Source: Macrostomum lignano (Eukaryota). From it: DNA of 64,000 nucleotides. The stretch spans positions 62,001 to 126,000 of the forward strand of contig NIVC01002161.1 of the NCBI GenBank assembly GCA_002269645.1, read 5' to 3'. Position numbers and translations under genes: made by a program. Within the stretch, counting starts at the first letter, position 1, and every line of letters starts with the position of its first letter. Under the pieces are notes generated by a model that saw only the letters and a list, made by a program, of their open reading frames with translations, was not told the origin of the DNA and searched no databases. Shown piece by piece: positions 55,801-64,000 of this stretch.

Positions 55801-58800
55801 CCGTCGACCCGGTGATGCTCGGGATTGCGCCAGGAGGCCAGGTGCCAGTTCAGCTCGGCTCGGTAGCCGTTGCTGTGGCTCAGGATGACGCTGTTGCCGA
55901 ACTGGGAATGGCGGGGTCCGAGATGGGGGAGCTGCTGAGATCAGGATTACCACAGCGCGTCGCTTAACTTAACTTCCCCATATAATAATATTAATTATTA
56001 CTTAGCGGCTTCTCACGCTTTCAATCCACATCTTGCCAACTATGACGTTGTGTATTTTGCAGGACACGTTACGCCAGGTGAAGACCTCTTGACGTCGCGG
56101 AAATTCCAAGGTCAGGTCGCCGCGGGCTCAATTTCAATTGACTTGCCCCAGAATGTCAGCTTGGGATTCACGCTGCCGTGGAAAATCCACGAGCCATCGG
56201 TGGCCTCCGCGTGGAAGGCGCTGATTGGCGGATGGTGGCAAACTTGCTCGCAAACCATGCGGAATCCCCGGTCCTTGCTTCTAAAAATAGAAACAAGAGG
56301 TCTGGCCAGAACGATTTTTATGGCCATCGTTTCTAATGGAGAACTAGGAAACCAAGTTTAATCACGTGACTGCTCTGAGCCAATAGCAGCAGGGGTGATT
56401 CCCAAGGTCATTCTAGTGCTTGTTTTAGCTAGCCAATAAAAGAGGAGCAAATAAAAAACAATTAACTGACAAGCAATGGCAACTGCGTGCTTTTTTCAAT
56501 GGATCCCAATGGTAAATTTAGAACAAATGCATTCAGTTGAAATTTTTCAATTTAAAAAATATGGGAAAAGGTTGCAATTGGCACAAGGGCGTAGTAAACA
56601 AGCTATTTTCAGAGGGGATTGTTTACGCTTGAGATGGCAGTCGTAAAATTTTTTAGAAGTAACAGAAGCCGTCTATAAGGAGTGGCATTGTTTCGTGCTC
56701 TGTTTTTTGGCTTTATTTGCCCATTATAAACGGAACAGTGATGCGGAGCTCGGGTGGCTGTTGCGTGGGCGCAGGCGGGGGTGAGAAAAAATTCGGATTG
56801 GCTCCTTTATAGCGCCTGCGAGTGGGCTGTGAGGGGTTGTGAGTGGGCTGTGAATATGCTGTGAGCAGGGTGTGAGCAGGCTGTAAGTGGGCAGTTAGTA
56901 GGCTGTGAATGGGCTGTGATTAAGCTGTGAGCGGGCTGTGAGTGGCCTGTGAGTGGGCTGTGAATAAGCTTTGAGAGGCTGTAATGGGGCTGTGAGTGGG
57001 CTGTGAATAAGCTTTGAGAGGCTGTAATGGGGCTGTGAGTGGGCTGTGAATAAGCTTTGAGAGGCTGTAATGGGGCTGTGAGTGGGCTGTGAATGGGCTG
57101 TGAATGGGCTGCGAGTGGGCTTTAAGAGGCTGTGAATGGGCTGTGATTAAACAGTGAGTGGGCTGTGAGTGGGCTGTGAATGGGCTGTGAGCGGCTGTGA
57201 GTGGGCTGTGAATGGGCTTTGAGAGGCTGTGAGTGGGCTGTGAATGGGCTTTGAGAGGCTGTGAGTGGGCTGTGAGTGGGCTGTGAATGGCCGGGCTGTG
57301 AGTGGCTGTGAGTGGGCTGTGAATAGGCTTTGAGAGGCTGTGAGTGGGCTGTGAATGGGCTGTGAGAGGCTGTGAGTGGGCAGTGAGAGGTTGTGAGTGG
57401 GCAGTAAGAGACTGTGAGTGGGCTGTAAGAGGCTGTGAGTGGGCAGTAAGAGGTTGTGAGTGGGCAGTAAGAGGCTGTGAGTGGGCTGTGAATGGGCTGT
57501 GAATGGGCTGTGAGTGGGCTGTGAATGGGCTGTGAGTGGGCTGTGAGTGGGCTGTGAAAGGGCTGTGAGTGGGCTGTGAATGGGCTGTGAGTGGGCAGTG
57601 AGTGGGCTGTGAAAGGGCTGTGAGTGGGCTGTGAAAGGGCTGTGAGTGGGCTGTGAATGGGCTGTGAGTGGGCTGTGAGTGGGCTGTGAAAGGGCTGTGA
57701 GTGGGCAGTGAAGGGGCTGCGAGTGGGCAGTGAAGGGGCTGTGAGTTGGATCGGTTGCTGATAGGTGAAGCACATGTAGATAAATGTGATAGCTACAGAG
57801 CTCAGCGCGATTCGGAGCGATAATCCATACAGATTTCTTCGCTAAGCCGTTATCTTCATAGTTTACAAGAGAGCATTTGACTTGGTCGTCAGAGCCTTGA
57901 CTCCCACTGCATCAGAAGCTGGCAGGCTACATCATCCTTGTTCCGTCGACTGCTCGAGCCACTCGAAGTTTATAACTCTGTTCTTATAAAATTATACAGA
58001 GTGAACACGAGTATGCACTCACCGTGGATATGAACTCACAATGAATATGCACTCACAGTGAATAGGCACTCACAGTGAATATGCACTCACAGTGAATATG
58101 CACTCACAGTGAATAGGCACTCACAGTGAATAGGCACTCACAGTGAATATGCACTCACGGTCAACTCTCAAGATTTTTGCAACCAAAACTCAGAGCAACT
58201 GATGCAACAAATATCCACATATGTGAGCACTTGCACCACAAAAGCCATTACTGCTATGTTAGCACAGTATTGCGACAGTGCAGCTATATGCAGATCAGTC
58301 CGAGAGCTGGGCGTGGCCTGAACTCTGGCCCGAGACAAAGGAAACTGATGCAGATGTGCAGATCCAGTCGCTGGCTCAGATAACGGCGCAAAAGATGAGG
58401 CCTGGAGGAGTCTGACAGAATCTCACCCTGAGCAAGTGGGCTTTTCACCTTTCCATCTGCAGTCTCATTCAGCCTGCTCTCAAAAAGGATGGGGATACTT
58501 CAGCCGCTTTAGCTACCCCCCATCCCTGCGTACCTGCAGGGAGCGGCAGGTACCGGGCGGGGGACGCCGCGCAATCTCTGATCCCCCATTTTTTCAGTTC
58601 CTAAAGGCTTCATCACTCTCCCGGGCCAAAGCCGATTAGCTCAATAGGATTCGGGATTCTGGGAACCGGGATTCTGGGATTTTTCAATTCCATTCTCCGC
58701 GTCAGTTCCGCTATCGTGCCGTTGCCATGGAGACTGGAAGATTTGCCAACAGTGGATAATTCCGGCTGGCACGAAAGAGCAAAAACAATGAGGGGATTGG

Positions 58801-58863
58801 CGGATTAGGCTGTTCGTTTTTTAATCCTGCAGCACTGGTCCTGTTTGTCTGTCTGTCTGTCTG

Positions 58864-58900
<37 letters not shown>

Positions 58901-58903
58901 GCC

Positions 58904-58984
<81 letters not shown>

Positions 58985-61900
58985 CCGCATTGCATCCGAC
59001 GCCAGCCCACAGCTGCACAAATGTGCAGAGCAGCAAGGCAGATGCAGCCGAGTACTCACCGATCGAGCTCGAAGGTCTCCCCCAGCAGCGGATTAAACGG
59101 TTTCCAAATCCGGCCCCAGTTGCTCGACGCGCAGGCCACAGTGAAAGCAGAAATCAGCTGCAAAAAGAACAATTATTTAAAAACTGCAAGCATTGGTCCA
59201 TCGATCGCGCTGCAGTGCACTGTTAGAACTTGGGCCGCCCTGTTGTGACGTGTTCTGCCACATCGCTACTTCCATGCTGATCTGAGGCGAACCGTTACAG
59301 CCCAGATGAAAGGGGAAACGGCAAGGAAAAGATTTATGACTGTAATAAGCTTGCCGCTGGGAGCAAGAGTTGCAGAAGCAGAATCAGCTGCCTGTGTAAA
59401 CGATGCAAAAGTACAGGATCAGAAGAGAGGAAATGTCAGTGAGCTTCTGCAGAGCTTTCCTTTGTCCACGGGTCCCGAGTGCCGAAGAGATGAACACGCA
59501 GGGTGATCAAAATGATTTAGTTCAAGTTTTGCAGTAATCAGCAATGAAGTTGCCTGCTTATTCTGGTTTCAATCGGATTCCTTGGTGACGGAACTTCCCC
59601 AGATATCAAGGGTTCAGTAAAATTCCGAATGGAAAATTCCGAGGTATATCGTTGGAGGTCCTAATGGAATTTCCCCACGGATAGTTCTGGAAAATTCCAA
59701 TGAATTTGGGCCGGCCTGCCCATGAAATTTCCCCACGGATAGTTCTGGAAAATTCCAATGAATTTGGGCCGGCCTGCCCATGGAATTTCCCCACGGATAG
59801 TTCTGGAAAATTCCGATGAATTTGGGCCGGCCTGCCCATGGAATTTCCCCACGGATAGTTCTGGAAAATTCCAATGAATTTGGGCCGGCCTGCCCATGGA
59901 AATTCCCCACGGATAGTTCTGGAAAATTCCAATGAATTTGGGCTGGTCTGCCCATGGAATTTCCCCACAGATAGTTCTGGAAAATTCCAATGAATTTGGG
60001 CCGGCCTGCCCATGGAAATTCCCCACGGATAGTTCTGGAAAATTCCGATGAATTTGGGCCGGCCTGCCCATGGAATTTCCCCACGAATAGTTCTCGAAAA
60101 TTCCAATGAATTTGGGCTGGTCTGCCCATGGAATTTCCCCACAGATAGTTCTGGAAAATTCCAATGAATTTGGGCCGGCCTGCCCATGGAATTTCCCCAC
60201 GGATAGTTCTGGAAAATTCCGATGAATTTGGGCCGGCCTGCCCATGGAATTTCCCCACGAATAGTTCTGGAAAATTCCGATGAATTTGGGCCGGCCTGCC
60301 CATGGAATTTCCCCACGGATAGTTCTGGAAAATTCCAATGAATTTGGGGACCGGCCTGCCCATGGAATTTCCCCACGGATAGTTCTGGAAAATTTCAATG
60401 AATTTGGGCCCGCCTGCCCATGGAATTTCCCCTCGGATAGTTCTGGAAAATTCCGATGAATTTGGGCCCGCCTGCCCATGGAAATTCCCCTCGGATAGTT
60501 CTGGAAAATTCCAATGAATTTGGGCCCGCCTGCCCATGGAAATTCCCCTCGGATAGTTCTGGAAAATTCCAATGAATTTGGGCCCGCCTGCCCATGGAAT
60601 TTCCCCTCGGATAGTTCTGGAAAATTCCAATGAATTTGGGCCGGCCTGCCCATGGAAATTCCCCACGGATAGTTCTGGAAAATTTTCCGGATATAAATTT
60701 AGAGAGCGCTATTTTTAGCATAGTGGATTGGAGCTTCACCTCCAGTCGGCCGACCGCGCTGTCGCACCTCTCGGCCAGGTACAGCAGGTGCGAGTGCTCC
60801 AGCTGCTCGCTAAGCCGCTGCAGAAACGACAGCGGCTCGTTAAAACCGACGGGGATGGAGACGCGGCTGAGCTCCTGAGAAGATGGAGATGGAGAGGTGG
60901 AATCGAACAGGATGAGAGGGATCCTGTACAGATCTAATTATACCAATAAAAGATTTCATTTCCTTCTCACTTTTCCGATGCAATTCTTCAGCACCGACCA
61001 GATGTTGCAGCCGTCGCCGTCGCGCCGCATTTCCGCCGGAAGTTCCTCGCTAAAGAAATTAATTGAGAATGGGATGAATCCGTCTGAATCCCCTTCAGTT
61101 TGACATTGGCTGCCTGAGAGATTTGAAGGCCTAACCCACCTGGGATCCGAATGCCTGACCCACCTGGGATCCGAATGCCTGACCCACCTGGGATCCGAAT
61201 GCCTGACCCACCTGGGATCCTAATGCCTGACCCACCTGGGATCCGAATGCCTGACCCACCTGGGATCCTAATGCCTGACCCACCTGGGATCCGAATGCCT
61301 GACCCACCTGGGATCCTAATGCCTGACTCACATGAGATCCGAATGCCTGACCCACCTGAGATCCGAATGCCTGACTCACATGAGATCCTAATGCCTGACC
61401 CACCTGGGATCCGAATGCCTGAACCACCTGAGATCCGAATGCCTGACCCATCTGAGATCTGAATTCCTGACCCCCCTGAGATCCGAATGTCTGACCCACC
61501 TGAGATCCGTATGCCTGACCCATCTGAGATCTGAATTCCTGACCCACCTGGGATCCGAATGCCTGACCCACCTGGGATCCGAATGCCTGACCCACCTGGG
61601 ATCCTAATGCCTGACCCACCTGGGATCTGAATTCCTGACCCCCCTGAGATCCGAGTGCCTGACCCACCTGGGATCCGAATGCCTGACCCACCTGGGATCC
61701 TAATGCCTGACTCACATGAGATCCGAATGCCTGACCCACCCGAGATCTGAATTCCTGACCCACCTGAGATCCGAATGTCTGACCCACCTGAGATCCGAAT
61801 GCCTGACTCACATGAGATCCTAATGCCTGACCCACCTGAGATCCGAATGCCTGACCCACCTGAGATCCGAATGCCTGACCCATCTGAGATCTGAATTCCT

Positions 61901-62150
61901 GACCCACCTGAGATCCGAATGCCTGACCCATCTGAGATCTGAATTCCTGACCCACCTGAGATCCGAATGCCTGACCCACCTGAGATCTGAATGCCTGACC
62001 CACTTGAGATCCGAATGCCTGACCCACCTGAGATCGTTGATCAAATATGAAAGCTCAACTCACCGCCCGACGTCCCAGTCCACCGAGCTGCTATCCAGAG
62101 GTTTGCAAAAGTTTTCTGTGCTCAAATCCATGCTGTCGAATTCGTGGCTA
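52840..62150 (-). CDS. Oxysterol-binding protein-related protein, ORP1/ORP2 (OSBPL1A/OSBPL2)-like ORD; 5' exons unresolved; one 1-nt frameshift
   Basis: Motifs [12 protein letters not shown]|[85 protein letters not shown]..., GEYW. Exons ~62150-62064 (start uncertain), 61049-60971, 60874-60740, 59157-59060, 56280-56017 (frame change at 56124-56126), 55901-55732, 53635-52840 are phase-consistent. Confidence 0.9.
53970..54838. repeat. (CCTA)n tetranucleotide microsatellite
   Basis: Directly visible. Confidence 0.96.
56820..57745. repeat. 11-bp minisatellite (GTGAGTGGGCT)n
   Basis: Directly visible. Confidence 0.94.
58020..58160. repeat. 17-bp repeat (GTGAATATGCACTCACA)n
   Basis: Directly visible. 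Confidence 0.88.
58848..58982. repeat. (GTCT)n microsatellite
   Basis: Directly visible. Confidence 0.96.
59664..60685. repeat. 58-bp minisatellite (TGGAATTTCCCCACGGATAGTTCTGGAAAATTCCAATGAATTTGGGCCGGCCTGCCCA)n
   Basis: About 17 near-identical copies in an ORP intron. Confidence 0.96.
61132..62032. repeat. 24-bp minisatellite (GGGATCCGAATGCCTGACCCACCT)n
   Basis: Directly visible. Confidence 0.95.
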
Positions 62151-62449
62151 ATTCTGGCTTAGTAGTGTGGCACAGCTTTTGGGGCGGTTTCGGTAGTATT
62201 TTAGGATTTGCAAGTATGCTTCTGAGTATTTTTAAGCTCTTAGTTTCCTTATGAGTAGTGGGGATTCGCTGGGGAGACCTCCGCCAATCCGCGTAGAGAC
62301 ATTCCTTGGCAAGTGGAAGCAGCTGTATCGATTGAGTTTGTAGAATCGCAGCCAGCTTCAGCTTGAGTACACTTGCTATGGGCACTGAACAGTGAGATTA
62401 TGCACTGTTCCGGATTGACCTAATTATCTCAAAATTAACAGCTGACAGT

Positions 62450-62780
62450 CTTATCTAACAGGTGTCTGATTTATCTAACAGGTACCAGTCTTATCTAACA
62501 ATGTCTGTCTTATCTAACAGGTGTTTTGTCTTATCTAACATTGTCTGTCTTATCTAACAGGTGTCTGATTTATCTAACAGGTACCAGTCTTATCTAACAG
62601 GTGTCTGTCTTAACTAACAGGTGTCTGATTTATCTAACAGGTGTCTGTCTTATCAAACGGGTGTCTGTCTTATCTAACGGGTGTCTTGTCTTATCTAACA
62701 GGTGTCTGTCTCATCTAACAGGTGTCTGTCTTATCTAATAGGTGTCCTGTCTTATCTAACAGGTGTCTGTCTTATCTAAA
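62450..62780. repeat. ~20-bp minisatellite (CTTATCTAACAGGTGTCTGT)n
   Basis: Directly visible. Confidence 0.9.
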
Positions 62781-63141
62781 AAAGTCCTGTTATAATATCA
62801 TTTTGCTTTCAACTCAATTCAGTAACGGCCGGGCATTTCGTAAATGACGGGAGGCAAAACAACATCAAGCACTTTGTTCCAGCCGTGGCTGACTAGTTGT
62901 AGCTGGACTTCCTCATTTCCCCATAGTTTCCTGCTCAGACATTTTCAATAGACTTAATTGAAAGAGGTGGCGTTGTTGGGACAATCTGCTTCCTGACGTT
63001 GGAAAGTAAATTACAGTTGCAGATGGGAATTTTCAGTTTATAAAATAAAGATGAACAAGCATATTGGTCTGCAGCTCATGCGGGCTTGATGACGCATTGC
63101 AGATTCTCAGTCAGCTTCAGCCCTCAGAACTGGACCCTTCT

Positions 63142-64000
63142 AATATCCCCAGAATCTTCCCCCCAGAAGAAGAATCTTCCCCTTCCAATATCCCAGCAGA
63201 ATCTTCCTCTTCCAATATTCCCAGCAGAATCGCCCCCAAATTTCTCCAGCAGAATCGCCCCCAATATCCCTGCATAATCGCTCCCAATATCCCTAGCAAA
63301 ATCGCCCCCAATATCCCTGCATAATCGCCCCCAATATCCCCAGCAGAATCGCCCCCAATATCCCTGCATAATCGCCCCCAATATCCCTAGCAGAATCGCC
63401 CCCAATATCCCTAGCAGAATCGCCCCCAATATCCCTGCATAATCGCCCCCAATATCCCTAGCAGAATCGCCCCCAATATCCCTGCATAATCGCCCCCAAT
63501 ATCCCCAGCAGAATCGCCCCCAATATCCCCAGCAGAATCGCCCCCAATATCCCCAGCATAATCGCCCCCAATATCCCCAACAGAATCGCCCCAATATCCC
63601 CAGCAGAATCGCCCCCAATATCCCCAGCAGAATCGCCCCCAATATCCCCAGCAGAATCGCCCCCAATATCCCCAGCAGAATCGCCCCCAAATTTCTCCAG
63701 CAGAATCGCAGCCAATATCCCTAGCAGAATCGCCCCCAATATCCCTGCATAATCGCCCCCAATATCCCCAGCAGAATCGCCCCCAATATCCCCAGCAGAA
63801 TCGCCCCCAATATCCCCAGCAGAATCGCCCCCAATATCCTTGCATAATCGCCCCCAATATCCCTAGCAGAATCGCCCCCAATATCCCCAACAGAATCGCC
63901 CCCAATATCCCCAGCAGAATCGCCCCCAATATCCCCAGCAGAATCGCCCCCAATATCCCCAGCAGAATCGCCCCCAATATCCCCAGCAGAATCGCCCCCA
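63142..64000. repeat. 24-bp minisatellite (CAGAATCGCCCCCAATATCCCCAG)n, runs off the window end
   Basis: Directly visible. Confidence 0.95.

Noticed and set aside
59606-64000. Repeat-protein-like ORFs ([27 protein letters not shown])
   Set aside because: They lie in intronic or upstream minisatellites on all frames; no evidence of coding selection.

Overview
Eukaryotic (metazoan) genomic DNA. GC-rich, Ala/Ser/Gln-rich exons sit in introns and spacers filled with micro- and minisatellites (roughly a third of the window), and there is one 330-N gap at 16610-16939. This architecture resembles a repeat-rich flatworm such as Macrostomum (inference only). Five spliced genes can be assembled by hand with phase-consistent GT-AG junctions: (1) a Ski/SnoN-family co-repressor (-, 12853-15406) whose first exon needs two single-base insertions to read through; (2) an intact 18-exon, ~1716-aa SOGA/MTCL-family coiled-coil gene (+, 20753-36335); (3) a ~356-aa two-I-set-Ig protein (-, 37773-43286); (4) an AADAC/NCEH1-like serine hydrolase (-, 45407-47552, first exon unresolved); (5) an ORP1/ORP2-like oxysterol-binding protein (-, 52840 to at least 62064, one frameshift, 5' part unresolved). 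Nearly all other long ORFs in the track are tandem-repeat artefacts. The most unusual observations are: a 63-bp 28S rDNA fragment scrambled at the R2/I-PpoI target core, inside a hydrolase intron; a 71-bp minisatellite made of a real exon end plus its splice donor; a 3'-UTR minisatellite whose unit carries AATAAA/ATTAAA; several hAT-type MITEs with different ends that carry the same expanding 21-bp minisatellite; and an MPRIP/PEAK1-type Cys/His module fused to the SOGA protein. No CRISPR array, tRNA or prokaryotic system is supported. Protein-family similarities are recalled from memory and need database confirmation.
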